Program-made: the position numbers and the translations under genes
The notes under the pieces: generated by a model
Told to the model about the DNA's origin: nothing
Database searches by the model: none
What the model saw: only the letters and a program-made list of their open reading frames with translations
Part shown: positions 35,800 through 48,587 of the stretch, in pieces
Position numbering within the stretch: the stretch's first letter is position 1
Layout of the letters: each line of letters starts with the position of its first letter
Source of the DNA: Squalus acanthias
Lineage: Eukaryota
Length of the DNA stretch: 64,000 nucleotides
Direction of reading: 5' to 3'
Assembly: GCA_030390025.1 (NCBI GenBank)
Contig: CM059431.1
Span: forward strand, 105,092,001 to 105,156,000

Positions 35800-36440
35800 C
35801 TTTTTTTTATATGTTCCTGGGATGTGGGCGTTGCTGGCAAGGCCAGCATTTATTGCACATCCCTAATTGCCCTTGAGCAGGTGAGCCACCCTCTTGAATC
35901 GCTGCGGTCCGTGTGGTGAAGGTTCTCCCATAGTGCTGGTAGGGAGGGAGTTGCAGGATTTTGACTCAGCGACGATGAAGGAATGGCGATATATTTCCAA
36001 GACAGGATGGTGTGTGACTTGGAGGGGAACTTCGAGGTGGTGGTGTTCCCATTTGTCTGCTGCCCTTGTCCTTCTAGGTGGTAGATTTTGTGGGTTTGGG
36101 AGGTGGTGTCGAAGAAGCCTTGGAGAGTTGCTGCAGTGCATCTTGTAGATGGTACACACTGCAGCCACGGTGTGCTGGTGGTGGAGGGAGTGAATGTTTA
36201 AGGTGGTGGATGGGGTGCCAATCAAGTGGGCTGCTTTGTCCTGGATGGTGTCGAGCTTCTTGAGTGTTGTTGGAGCTGCACTCATCCAGGCAAGTGGAGA
36301 GTATTCCATCACACTCCTGACTTGTGCCTTGTAGATGGTGGAAAGGTTTTGGGGAGTCAGGAGGTGAGACACTTGCCGCAGAACACCCAGCCTCTGACCT
36401 GCTCTTGTTGCCACAGTATTTATGTGGCTGGTCCAGTTAA
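35800..36440 (-). mobile_element. Second CR1-group LINE family, 3' fragment
   Basis: ORF 35863-36414 RAGQRLGVLRQV..LSTIYKAQVRSVMEYSPLAW..LDTIQDKAAHLIG, followed by an A-rich tail. Confidence 0.85.
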
Positions 36441-36716
36441 GTATCTGGTCCAGTTAAGTTTCTCGTTAGGGCATTGGGTTTCAGAATTATTTGGAGCCAA
36501 ATGGAAAGAATCCCAACCCCTAGCTCCAAGTCTAACCTTCTTGATCCCATTAACGGCACAGTCCCAGAGCGTACTGTGGACTTGTTTGGCTCAGATATTG
36601 GATTGGCAACTCTGCCAAGGAGGATTGAGTCAGTTCCGATCTTCCATCATCAAAAGTGTCACCTTAGATCCAACTAGACAACAAAGAGATCTTGCTTAAC
36701 TTCCTCTGTAATGCAG

Positions 36717-37154
36717 GAAGAAAGAGCTTGCATTTATATAACACCTTTCACACCATCTGAACGTCCCAAATCACTTTACAACCAATGAAGTACATTTGAA
36801 GTGTAGTCACTGTTGTAAAGTAGGAAATGAGGGAGCCAATTTGCACACAGCAAGCTCCCACAAACTGCAATGGGATAACGACCAGAAGGTCTGTTTAACT
36901 GATATTGGTTGAGGGATAAATATTGGCCAGGATAAATCCCCTGCTCTTCTTTGAATAGTGCCATGGGATCTTTTACTCCACCGAAGAGGGCCGACGGGAC
37001 CTCCATTTAATGTCTCATCCAAAAGACAGCAGCTCCGACAGTGCAGCGCTCCCTCAGTACTCCAATGAGGTATCAGCCTAGATCATGTGCTCAAGTCCCC
37101 AGAGTGGGGCTTGAACCAACAACCTTAGAGGCTGCCACTGAGCCATAGCTAACA
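36717..37154 (-). mobile_element. Deu-domain SINE (SacSINE1-like)
   Basis: Homologous to the other copies. Confidence 0.82.
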
Positions 37155-37340
37155 CGCAATATAATACATCACCCAAGATCTGTAGATAATTCATGGAAAT
37201 ATTAAATATTGGAGCGTGAACATTTTCTGATTATTTAAAGACAGAACTGACCTGATAGATATTACAAAATGTGGGGTAGATGAGTTAAGTATTTTTCTTT
37301 TATTACTAAATGAGGGATTGAATCCTTGCTGTGCAATATT

Positions 37341-38132
37341 GGGGGCGATTTTCTCAGCCCCAAGGAGGCGGGTATGGAGGCGGGACTGCTGGTAAAGTTG
37401 CAGAATTTGGGGGCGGGTGGCAAACCCTCCCCCAGCCCGCCTCTGTGCCCTCTTGCCTGGAGGCGAGAAGCCGTCCTGCCCCGGGTCCCGTCTCCTTGCA
37501 GGCGGGAAGGGATTAAAGCCTATTAACTGCCTGTTAACAGGTAGTTAACAGGCAGAAAATAGGATTATCCTCATTTTTCGTCCCAAAGTGTGGGCTTCCC
37601 AACCTGGGAGAACCCCGCCAGGGTGTAGGAGGCGAGCAGTGGGTCTGCGGGGGTCGGAGGGGTCTGAATGTGCGATGCAGAGGTGAGTGATGGGTGCAAG
37701 TGTGGAGTGGTATGTATGTGAGGTGAGTGTAAAGTGTTAGAAAATGTTAACTTACCTTTGTTCCTGCCTACAGCCTTCAGCCACTGTGGAGCCGGAGTCC
37801 CCGACATCTCCATTGTAGAGATCACAGACTGGCTGCTGCATCCGCCGATCCGACAGCCAGCTGATTTCTGCAAAGTAGAAAGGTTTGATGAGTCCTGAAT
37901 ACAAGGCCTCATCAATCTACACAGAATGTCAGTGTTTGACAGCTTCACAGAGCTTCTTTCAAAAATTCTTGACAGATGGCACGTCAGACATTGGCGTGCT
38001 CTGCAACTGCCTTTGCCCTAATTGGCCTGCTGAGCCTGCCAGGCGGGCTTAACAAGGTCAATCAGGGGAAAATCCCACTGGTTGGCCAGAAGCTGATGGA
38101 GGCGGGACTGAAACCCGACAAGTGGAATTGCA
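37341..38132. mobile_element. Probable Harbinger-type MITE
   Basis: Starts gggggcgattttc (same type of end as 23631); GC-rich. Right end poorly defined. Confidence 0.45.
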
Positions 38133-38889
38133 CTTAATCTATCTGCAAGGAAGATTCCCTCACTAATTCTGAAGTGTTTTGATTAAGCTTTCCTCCATTT
38201 TAATGCAGTCCCCGGGAATCGTTCTGCTATCACAAATGACATTTGCCAGTATATCTTTGCATGGTAACAACTTATTTGATAATGATGTCACATTGCTGCC
38301 TTTTTGCACATTGCTCTAATTAAAGCGTATTTACACCACAACTTATCTAGCATACTGTGTCTAAGCCTTCTTAACATCCCATGTGTCATTGCTCTCGATA
38401 ATTAAGAAACAGAACTGCACAGCTCTATCCATATGGACACTCGCATGTGACACCAGTATGAAGGAGATTAAATTTTAATGCCCGTCAAAGTATTTTATTC
38501 ATTAAAGTTACGTCAATTTATAAAATGCGCATTTTTTTCTAGAAAAGATAAGTTGAAACACAATGTTAAACTTGCCCTTTAAATATGTCAGCTGGATTTT
38601 CCTCTACGTGCTAGGGTAGGACTTCCACTCGCTCCTCGGACCCCCATGGCAACCTTGCCCATTTTCTTGGGTCATGACCATCTATTTCCCAGCGGGAAAT
38701 TCCACCAGCAAGAGGGAGCTTGTCGCTGCCAGGATGTAAACTCCTGACACTGCTACGGCAAACCAGCACTGGAGCTCCAGATGGGGGTGGCTGGGCATCT
38801 ACAGGGGCAGCAGAGAAAGAAAAAAAAAACTAATTCTTCGGCCTCGGCCTAAGGTTTGTTCATTGGTTTGAAGTGGGGTGGAACAGAAT

Positions 38890-39619
38890 GGGCTGGATTT
38901 TCAATGACCCATGGAGTCGGGTTTGGAGGCGTGTGGGGGGTTAAAGTTGCGGGGTCGGGGGTCCCGACCCCATCCCGACTCCATCCCGCCTCCACGCAAT
39001 TTTGACAAAATCGGTCGTGGAGTTCCTGACTCCGTCCCGCCTCCAAGAGGCGGGAGAGGCCATTGAAGCCTTAACAAGACCTAAATTGGCTCTGTAATGC
39101 CATTTTGAAACGTTTTAGCTAGTTTAACCCTTTTCCGACGTGAAGTACGCCTGATGTGAAACACTCCAGTGAAACCTGGCAGGAGCACAAGTGGATAGCT
39201 GACTATCAGCTGCAGGTCCACTATTACAACGGAGATGTGATGAAGGTAGTAGTAGTATTAGGTCTGAAAGTCGCCTCTGATGCTGCTGCATTGTCTTCAG
39301 AGACTGCCTAGCCTTGCTGTGAGAGGACCTGGATGGAAAAAATTCTCTCTCTCTCTCTCTCTCTCTCTCCTGCTGCTCATTTTGCATCCAGGTCCTCTCA
39401 CACCAAAAGCCAGGCAGTCTCTGACCTGGAATGATGACATCATCAAAGGCGACTTTCAGATTGAAACCACTAATTGGTTCATGGGTTCCCACATGCTTGA
39501 ACTCAATTACCCAATTAAGTGAAAATTGCATCATTCATCCACATTAATCTGGAGTCGGGGGGGCAACACAAAATGTGGCTAACACGACCCCAACCCGACC
39601 CCAAGACAAAATCCAGCCC
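38890..39619 (-). mobile_element. Harbinger-type MITE, family M1 copy 3 (divergent, internal inverted duplication)
   Basis: TIRs gggctggatttt / aaaatccagccc; flanks aat / aag. Confidence 0.85.
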
Positions 39620-39679
39620 AAGGCCTCTGCTTGACCCTCTTGCTCTCTTTGAGCACATCGGGGAAACAAAAGAAAAAAT

Positions 39680-40134
39680 AAGAAAGACTTGCGTTTATAT
39701 AGCGCACTTCACGACCTCAGGGCGTTCCAAAGTGCTTTACAGCCAAAGAAGTACTTCTGAAGTGTAGTCACTGTTGTAATGTAGGAAACATGGCAGCTAA
39801 TTTGCGCACAGCAAGCTCCCACAAACAGCAATGTGATAATGACTAGATAATCTGTATTTTTTTAAATGTTTGATTGAGGGATAAACATTGGACACCGGGG
39901 AAAACAGCCCTGCTCTTCTTCGAAATAGTGCCGTGGAATCGTATACGTCCACTTGAGAGGCCAGCCTTGGATTACTGTCTCATCCAAAAGACTGCACCGC
40001 CAACACTGCAGCACTCCCTCAGTACTGCACTGGGTGTGTCAGCCTAGATTTTGGTGCTCAAGTCTCTGGAGTGGAACTTAAATCCACAACCTTCTGACTG
40101 AGAGGTGAGAGTGCTACCCACTGAGTCACAGCTC
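39680..40134 (-). mobile_element. Deu-domain SINE (SacSINE1-like)
   Basis: Homologous to the other copies. Confidence 0.85.
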
Positions 40135-40614
40135 AACCAGGACATGGTTTGTGACTACTCCAAGCTGACTCCACCTTGCCTACAAGTCAACTTTGTCCTA
40201 CCACAGGAGCTTAGACTTCAACTTTGGACTTTGTCATAATATCTCCTCCTGGTCCTCAATTTATGGCTAGAGCATTTGTCAATGTCTCTGCCATGCCTAA
40301 GTAACCTTTATTTCTTCTGTGTCCATTTGTATGCTCATTATTTCTATTTCCCATTTCTTTCTTTTTTCTCAGCCCCTCTTAGGCCTTATTGTCTCCTTTT
40401 ACTGTCTCCTCCTCTTCCTTTCACCCATTCATGCCACCTTCCATTTCTTGCCTCCTCGGTACTTTGCCCCTCACCCCCCTCTCTACTCCAACCCATCACT
40501 ACTCCTCTGCCTTCCGACTCTTCTGTTCCAGTCCCAGCCCTAAATTCCTCTGGCATAAATCTGTAGCTACCCTTCTATTTGCCAAAGGGCCCATGGAGGC
40601 ACTGGTTACTGCCC

Positions 40615-41810
40615 CATGAAGGGAAATCACGTTTGACAAATCTCTTACAGTTTTTTGAGAGTGTAACTAGCACTGTAGATAAGGGGCAACCAGTAGAGGT
40701 AGTATATTTGGATTTTCAGAAGGCATTCGATAAGGTGCCACTCAATAGGTTGTTACACATTAGGGCTCGTGGGATTGGTGGTAATATATTAGCATGGATT
40801 GAGGATTGGTTAAAGGACAGAAAATAGAGATTAGGAATAAACGGATTATTTTCAGGATTGCAGGGTGTAACTAGTGGAGTGTCGCACAGATCAGTGCTTG
40901 GGCCTCAGCTATTTACAATCTATATTAATGAATAGATGAAGGGACCGGGTGTAATGTATCCAAGTTTGCTGACAATACAATGCTAGGTGGGAAAGTAAGC
41001 TGTGAGGAGGACATAAAGAGGCTGCAAAGGGATATAGACCGGTTAAGTGAATGGGCAAGAAGGTGACAGATGGAATATAATGTTGGGAAGTGTGAAATTA
41101 TCCACTTTGGTAGGAAGAATGGAAAAGCAGCATATTTTTTAAAAGGTGAGAGAATAGTAAATGCTGGCATTCGGAGGGATCTGGGTGTCTCTGTACACCA
41201 ATCACAGAACGTTAACATGCAGGCACAGCAAGCAATTAGGAAGGCAAATGATAGGTTAGCCTTTATTGCAAGGGGATTGGAGTATAAGAGTAAAGAAGTC
41301 TTGCTGCAATTATATAGGGCTTTGGTGAGACCACACCTGGATGACTGTGTGTAGTTTTGGTCTCCTTATCTGAGGAAGGGCATACTTGCCTTAGAGGGAT
41401 TGGAATAAATGTCCACTAGATTGATTTCTGGGATGAGCGGGATGTCCTATGAGGAGAGATTGAGTAGATTGGGCCTATATTCTCTGGAGTTTAGAAGAAT
41501 GAGAGGTGATCTCATTGAAACATATAAAATTCTTAAAAGGCTTGACAGGGTAGATGCTGAGAGGATGTTTCCCCTGGCTGGAGAATTTAGAACTAGGGGG
41601 TCATAGTCTCAGGATAAGAGGCCGGCTATTTAGGACTGAGATGAGGGGAAATTTCTTCACTCAGAGGGTTGTGAATCTTTGGAATTCTCTACTCCAGAGG
41701 GCAGTGGACGCTCAGTCATTGAGTATATTCAAGACTGAGATCGATAGATCTTTAGGCACTCGGGGAATCAAGGGTTATGGGGATAGGGCGAGAAAGTGGA
41801 GTTGATGCAA
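40615..41810 (+). mobile_element. CR1 LINE, 5'-truncated, RT domain pseudogene
   Basis: VYLDFQKAFDKVP, SVLGPQLFTIYIN, SKFADNT, LYRALVRPHL, with stops and frameshifts. Confidence 0.92.
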
Positions 41811-42609
41811 AAGTTCAGCCCCCAACTGCACCATCCTCCTCTCTCACCGACCTTCCCAGTCTCCCACTGGTGGGAGGATAACCTCGCATAGTTTTTGTTC
41901 TATGTTAATGGCGCTATATAAATAAATGTTGTTGTAAAAGTTAAAAGCATTGGGGTTGTTTGAAATATAGTTGGTTGCTGTGACAGGAGAGTTAGGAAAC
42001 TAGAGGGATGTGAATCGATGGGTCAAATTGTTTTTATCATTTTTCAAAATGTTCTTATTTTCAAAGGAATTATATCCTTGCAGCTGACATTACAATTTGA
42101 CAGTATTGTATGATCATTAAAGCAAAGGGATTCTGTTTCTTATTCCTTCAGGCTAAACGTTTCCTCTTTGAAATTTTGAATCTTCTGTCTTTTCTTATTA
42201 TCTCTCTCCTTGATGTTTATACAATTAACACTTAGGGAAATGAAATACGTGTAATTTTGCCAGTCATATGACAAATAGGATCAATTTATTCTTGATGCGT
42301 GCTCTAAGTGAATTGTTCTGTTATTTATCTAGAGAAAACATATTCTTCTCAACAGTCTTTATTATTCCCAGTGTGGTTCATAGAATAAATGTACTAGTTT
42401 CTGCTAATAGCAGTACCTTAAAATTAATATACTTTAAAACAAACATTTGGAGGAATCTAGTATTGTGTTTGCTTCTCGCTCCCCTCCAAAAAAGAAAATT
42501 AGAAAATAAACTCATACAAAATCTAAGAAAACTGACATACTGGAACCACAAACACATGCCTCCCCCAGGCTAACTTGATTGGCTGAAAACAAGGACTTGC
42601 CTCTATCTT

Positions 42610-43050
42610 GTGTCAGCTGTGGCTCAGTTGGTAGCACACTCGCCTCTGAATCAGAAGATTGTGGGAGCACATAAATCTAGGCTGACATTCCAGTGCACTG
42701 CTGAGGGAGCGCTGCACTGTCGGAGGTGCTGTCTTTTGGATGAGATGTTCAACCGAGGCCCCGTCTGCTCTCTTGGGTGGACGTAAAAGATCCCATGGCA
42801 CTGTTTCGAAGAAGAGTAGAGGGAGTTCTCCCCGGTGTCCTGGCCAATATTTATCCCTCAATCAACATAACACAAACAGATAATCTGGTCATTATTACAT
42901 TGCTGCTTGTGGGACCTTGCTGTGCGCAAATTGGCTGCCGCATTACAACAGTGACTCCACTTCAAAAGTACTTCATTGGCTGTAAAGCGCTTTGAAATGT
43001 CTGGTGGTCATGAAAGGCGCTGTAGAAATGCAAGTCTTTCTTTTTTTTTC
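42610..43050 (+). mobile_element. Deu-domain SINE (SacSINE1-like)
   Basis: Head gtcagctgtggctcagttggtagc; tail aaatgcaagtctttc. Confidence 0.87.
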
Positions 43051-43229
43051 TTACCAGGTTACTAAGGAATTCGACTTGTTATTCCTTCTTACTAGATTGT
43101 TAAGGAACTCAGAAGCTTCACATTGCCATTTCTTTTTTGACTCAAGAGTTATTCCTGGAAAATCCAGCCACCTTCTTTACTGTGCCACAAGTTGAAACTA
43201 GATTTTGTGCTCAAGTCTCTTGAGCGGGA

Positions 43230-43675
43230 GTTAGGAACATGGGAACATAGGAACAGGAGGAGGCCATTCAGCCCCTCGAGCCTGGTCCACCATTCAATGA
43301 GATCATGGCTGATCTGCAACCTAACTCCATAAACCTGCCTTTACCCCATATCCCTTAATACATTTTGGTTAACAAAAATCTATCAATCTCCAATTTAAAA
43401 TTAACAATTGACCCAGCACCAATTGCCATTTGCGGAAGAGAGTTCCAAACTTCTACCACCTGTTGTGTGTAGAAGTGTTTCCTAACTTCACTCCTGAAAG
43501 GTCTGGCTCTAATTTTTAGACTATGCCCCCTAGTCCTAGACTCCCCAACCAGTGGAAATAGTTTCTCTCTATCTACCCTATCTGTTCTCCTTAATATCTT
43601 GAAAACTTCGATCAGGTCACCCCTTAACCTTCTAAATTCTAGGGAATACAACCCTAGTTTGTGTAATCTCTCTTG
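43230..43675 (-). mobile_element. CR1 LINE 3' fragment
   Basis: ORF 43355-43651 is a CR1 ORF2 C-terminus, followed by the 3' UTR. Confidence 0.88.
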
Positions 43676-43799
43676 AACCCTCTGATTCGGAGGCCGAGAG
43701 TGGCAAAAATCACTTCCTATGTGAGCTGGTTTTTCAGCTAATCATTTACTTTTGCTCCGCTTCTCCCCTGTATTCCTAAATATCAAATATATATAATAT

Positions 43800-44045
43800 C
43801 ATAGAATCTTACAGCAAAGAATGCCCATCGTGCCCCTTTGAAAGAGCTCTCCAATTAAGCCCCATCCTTTCCCCAGAGCCCTGCTATTTTCTCACCTTCA
43901 AGTATTTATCCAATTGCCTTTTGAAAGTTACTATTGAATCTGCTTCCACCGCCCTTTCAGGCAGCGCATTCCAGATCATAACTAGTTACGTTAAAAAAAA
44001 AATCTTCGTCTCCCCTCTGGTTCTTTTGCCAATTACCTCAAATCT
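43800..44045 (-). mobile_element. CR1 LINE 3' fragment
   Basis: Homologous to 3708-3950 and 52450-52720. Confidence 0.7.
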
Positions 44046-44700
44046 TATTTTGCTTGATTTTTTTTTTAACAAGGAGATTGACAGATTTTGTTTTACAATT
44101 AGCATCCGATTCAATTCTGTTCTCAATTAAGCACACGGTCTTCTCTCACCATGCTCTACAGTTTCAAAGTCTGACCTTCCATCGTATTCTTCATTTCAAC
44201 AGTATGTGGCTACAGTGGCAATTTACACTGTCTATAACTTGAAGGAGAATTTACACTTAAATATCTACATGCTGATCACTACCTGCTGTAGTTGTGCCTA
44301 TCTTTGTGCATTCAGTCGACTCAGTGCTGGCCACTATTACTAATTGTGCTCTTGAAGCCATTGGGCTGAATTTTCATTGACCCGTGGAGGTGGGTTTGGA
44401 GGCGTGTGGGGGGTTAAAATTGCGAAAACTGGCGGGCGGGCACAAGCCCGTCTCCATCCCGCCTCCAAGCAATTTTCATTAAATCGTGTCTGCTGGTCCC
44501 GACTCCGTCCCGCCTCTAAGAGGCGGGATAGGCTGTTAAGGCCCTTAACTAGCACTAAATTGGCTCTATAATGCCATTTTGAAAGGCCTTTGTGATTTTA
44601 ACCCTTTTTCTACGTGAAGCACGCCTGTTCTGAACCACGAATGTGAAACCTGGCGGTAACACATTTCAAAAGCTGACTATCAGCTGCAGGTCCACTATTA

Positions 44701-45614
44701 ACATAGAAACATAGAAAATAGGTACAGGAGTAGACCATTCGGTCCTTCGAGCCTGCACCGCCATTCAATGCGTTCATGGCTGAACATGCTACCTCAGTAC
44801 CCCATTCCTGCTTTCTCGCCATACCCCTTGATCCCCTTAGTTGTGAGTGTTATATCTAACTCCCTTTTGAATATATTTAGCGAACTGGCCTCAACAACCT
44901 TCTGTGGAAGAGAATTCCATAGATTCACCACTCTCTGGGTGAAGAAGTTCCTCCTCAGCTCAGTCCTAAATGGCTTCCCCTTAATCCTTAGACTGTGACC
45001 CCTGGTTCTAGTTTTCCCTACCATTGGGAACATTCTGCCCGCATCTAATTTGTCTAAACCAGTCAGGATTTTAAATGTCTCTATAAGATCCCCCCTCATT
45101 CTTCTGAACTCCAGAGGATACAAGTTCAGTTGACCCAATCTTTCTTGATATGTCAGTCCGGCCATCCCAGGAATCAATCTAGTGAACCTTCGCTGCACTC
45201 CCTCAATAGCAAGAATGTCCTTCCTTAAGTTAGGAGACCAAAACTGCGCACAATATTCCAGGTGTGGCCTCACCAAGGCCCTGTACAACTGCAGCATCAC
45301 CTCCCTACTCCTGTACTCAAATCCCCTTACTATGAAGGCCATCATTCCGTTTGCTTTCTTGACTGCCTGCTGCACTTGCATTCCCACCTTCAGTGACTGA
45401 TGTACCATGATGCCCAGGTCTCGTTGCACCTCCCCTTTCCCTAATCTGCCACCATTCAGGTACTATTCCGCCTCTCTATTTTTACCACCAAAGTGGATAA
45501 CCTCACATTTATCCACATTGTACTTCATCTGCCATACATTTGCCCATTCACCCAACCTGTCCAAGTCACTCTGTAGCCTCCTAGCATCCTCCTCATTGTT
45601 CACACTGCCTCCCA
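44701..45614 (-). mobile_element. Young CR1 LINE 3' fragment
   Basis: Uninterrupted 211-aa ORF2 C-terminus (44794-45429), (TTTCTATG) tail, atta duplicated at the junctions. Confidence 0.92.
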
Positions 45615-45625
45615 ATTACAACGGA

Positions 45626-45710
45626 GATGATGATAGTAGTAGGAGTAGGAGTAGTAGGAGTAGTAGTAGTAGTAGGAATAGGAGGAGGAGGAATAATAAT
45701 AATAATAATA
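45626..45710. repeat. Compound trinucleotide microsatellite (GAT/GTA/GGA/ATA)
   Basis: Directly visible inside MITE M1 copy 4. Confidence 0.9.
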
Positions 45711-46164
45711 TCTGAGAGTGGTGGTACAAAAATATCTGGGAGCAGACTTAGGGTTGCTGCTGCTCATTTTGACTTCAGGTCCTCTCACAGCAAAGGCCGG
45801 GCAGTCTTTGCAGACCTTCAATGCAGCAGCAATGATGACATCATCAGAGGTGACTTTCAGACTGGAAACACTAATTGGGTCATGGGTTCCCACATGCTGG
45901 ACCTCAATTGCCCAATTAGGTGAAAATTGCATCAATCTCCCACATCCAATTGCAGTCGGGTGGATAACACGAAAAGTGGATGACACGACCCCAACCCACC
46001 CCGTATCAAAATCCAGCCCACAGTCTTCGCTTCACGCCACTAACTCCATTCCCTTTCTCCAATGATTGCATCTCTCTCCCCAGCAACTGTCTAAGTTGAC
46101 CAAGTCTGTTCGCAACCTTGCTGTCATATTTGATCACGAATTGAGCTTCCTTACTTCATATCCT

Positions 46165-46565
46165 TTTTTTTATTTGTTCATGGGATGTGGGCATCGCTGG
46201 CAAGGCCAGCATTTATTGTCCATCCCTAATTGCCCTTGAGAAGGTGGTGGTGAGCCGCCTTCTTGAACCACAAAGGGCAGTTAAGAGTCAACCACATTGC
46301 TGTGGGTCTGGAGTCGCATATAGGCCAGACCAGGTAAGGACAGCAGATTTCCTTCCCTACAAGATATTAGTGAACCAGATGGGTTTTTACAACAATCTGG
46401 TAGCTTCATGTTCACCATTACTGATACTAGCTTTTTATTCCAGATTTATTTAATTAACTGAATTTAAATTCCACAGATGCCATGGTGGGATTTGAACTCA
46501 CATGTCTGGATTATTAGTCCAGGCCTCAAGATTACTAGTCTAGGAACATAACCACTATGCTATCA
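46165..46565 (-). mobile_element. tRNA-derived SINE (same family as 24654-25030)
   Basis: Reverse-complement homolog. Confidence 0.82.
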
Positions 46566-47067
46566 TTCCCGATCCAGTCTTTCACGAAGACCACCCATTT
46601 CCACCTTTGTAATATCGCCCGTTTCCGCCCTTACCTCAACTTCTTTGCTGCTGAAACCCTCATCCACGCCTTTATCACCCCTAGACTTGACTATTCTAAT
46701 GCACTCCTGGCTGGCCTCCCCAGTTCTACCCTCCATAAACTTGAGGTCATCCAAAACTCTGCTGCCCGTGTGCTAACTCGCACCAAGTCCCGCTCACCCA
46801 TCTCCGCTGTGCTTGCTGACCTACATTAGCTCCCAGTTAAGCAATGCCTTGATTTTAAAATTCTTATCTTTGTTTTCAAATCCCTCCATGTCCTCGCCCC
46901 TCCTTAACACTGTAATCGCCTCCAGCCCTATAATTCCCCCTAGACCTGGACGCTCCACCTATTCTGGCCTTTTGCACATCCCTGATATTAAATGCTCCAC
47001 CATTGGCGGTCATGCCTTCAGCTGCTTAGATCTTAAGCTCTGGAATTCCCTCCCTAAATCTCTCCGC

Positions 47068-47487
47068 CTATACTCATTGGAATTTAGAAGAATGAGAGGT
47101 GATCATATCGAAACATATAAGATACTGAGGGGGCTCGACAGGGTAGATGCAGAGAGGATGTTTCCCCTCGTGGGGAAATCTAGAACTCGGGGGCACAGTC
47201 TCAGAATAAAGGGTCGCCCCTTTTAGAACTGAGATGAGGAGGAACTTCTTCTCTCAGAAGGTCGTAAATTTGTGGAATTCTCAGCCCCAGAGAGCCGTGG
47301 AGGCTGGGTCATTAAATACATTTAAAGTGGAGATAGACAAATTTTTGCAAGATAAGGAGTGAAAGGTTATGGGGAGCTGGCTGGGAAGTGGTTTTGAGCC
47401 CAAGATCAGCCATGATCTTATTGAATGGCGGAGCAGGCTCGAGGGGCCGTGGCCTATTCCTGCTCCTATTTCTTATGTTCTTATGTA
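47068..47487 (+). mobile_element. CR1 LINE 3' fragment nested in L2
   Basis: YSLEFRRMRGDHIETYK.. plus tail. The L2 sequence tctctccgcct|ctctccactt resumes afterwards. Confidence 0.88.
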
Positions 47488-47994
47488 CTTATGTCTCTCC
47501 ACTTCTCTTTCCTCCTTTGAGACGCTCCTTAAAACTTACCTCTTCGACCAAGCTTTTGGTCATCTGCCCTCACATCTCTTTATCTGGCTCGGTGTCAAAT
47601 TTTGGTTTATTTTCCATAACACTCCTGTGAAGTGCCTTGGGATGTTTTATTACGTTATAGGCATTATATAAATATAAATTGTTGTTGTTGACTGTTCACA
47701 GAAATGCCAATTGCAAAGATCAATATAATAAACATTAACATTAAACTGCGAGTCTGCCCCCCAAAGCCTTTATTCTCAGTTGAGGTGACACTTCTGTCTA
47801 CAAATCTCTGCAGCTGATATGTCATTGCAACTGACGAACCTGCAAATAGTGAAAGAACCAGATTACATAGTAGAATATAGTCCTTATCTCAATTTTCTGC
47901 TGCAGTTTCAATGTCTATGGTCTATGATCACCTACCTCCACCAGTGTATCTGAGAATCTGAGGGCCCTGGTGGAGCCATTTCCTCTGCTGGGGG

Positions 47995-48295
47995 AGGGGG
48001 GGTGGTAGTCCAGAACAAGAGGGCATAAACTTAAAATTAGAGCTAGGCCGTTCAGGGGTGATGTCAGAAAGCACTTCTTCACCCAAAGGGTAGTGGAAAT
48101 TTGGAACTCCCGCCCCTCCCAAAAAGCTGATGAGGCTGGTGGGGGAGGCGGGGGGGGTCAATTGAAAATTTCAAAACAGAGATTGATAGATTTTTTGTTA
48201 GGCAAGGGTATTGAGGGTAATGGAACCAAGTCGGGTAGATGGAGTGAAGATACAGATCAGCCGTGAAGAGCTGAATGGCCTACTCCTGTTCCTGT
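47995..48295 (+). mobile_element. CR1 LINE 3' fragment
   Basis: Homologous to 17290-17657. Confidence 0.8.
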
Positions 48296-48364
48296 GTTGT
48301 CCGCTGGGCCAGAATATCGCTGTGTCCACTGTCTACCATTGAAAAAATGCACTCTCCTTTAAGG

Positions 48365-48587
48365 TGACACAGGCCGACTTGGAAATATATCGGCCTTTCC
48401 TTCATCGTCGCTGAGTCCAAATCCTGAAACTCCCTCCCTAACAGCACAGTGGGAGCACCTTCACCACACGGACTGCAGCGGTTCAAGAAGGCGGCGGACC
48501 ACCACCTTCTCAAGGAGCAATTAGAGATGGGCAATAAATGCCGGCCTTGCCAGCGACGCCCACATCCCATAAACAAATTAAAAAAAG
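48365..48587 (+). mobile_element. Second LINE family, 3' tail fragment
   Basis: Homologous to 57000-57215. Confidence 0.8.

Larger units (their letters stand above)
44363..46019 (-). mobile_element. Harbinger-type MITE, family M1 copy 4, interrupted by CR1
   Basis: Reverse-orientation homolog of 11714-12360. ggtccactatta|caacggag rejoins across the CR1 insert, as in copy 3. Confidence 0.88.
46023..47690 (+). mobile_element. L2 LINE 3' part with nested SINE and CR1
   Basis: ETLIHAFITPRLDYSNALLAGLP..LEVIQNSAARVLT; (TTG)n tail at ~47680. Confidence 0.88.
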
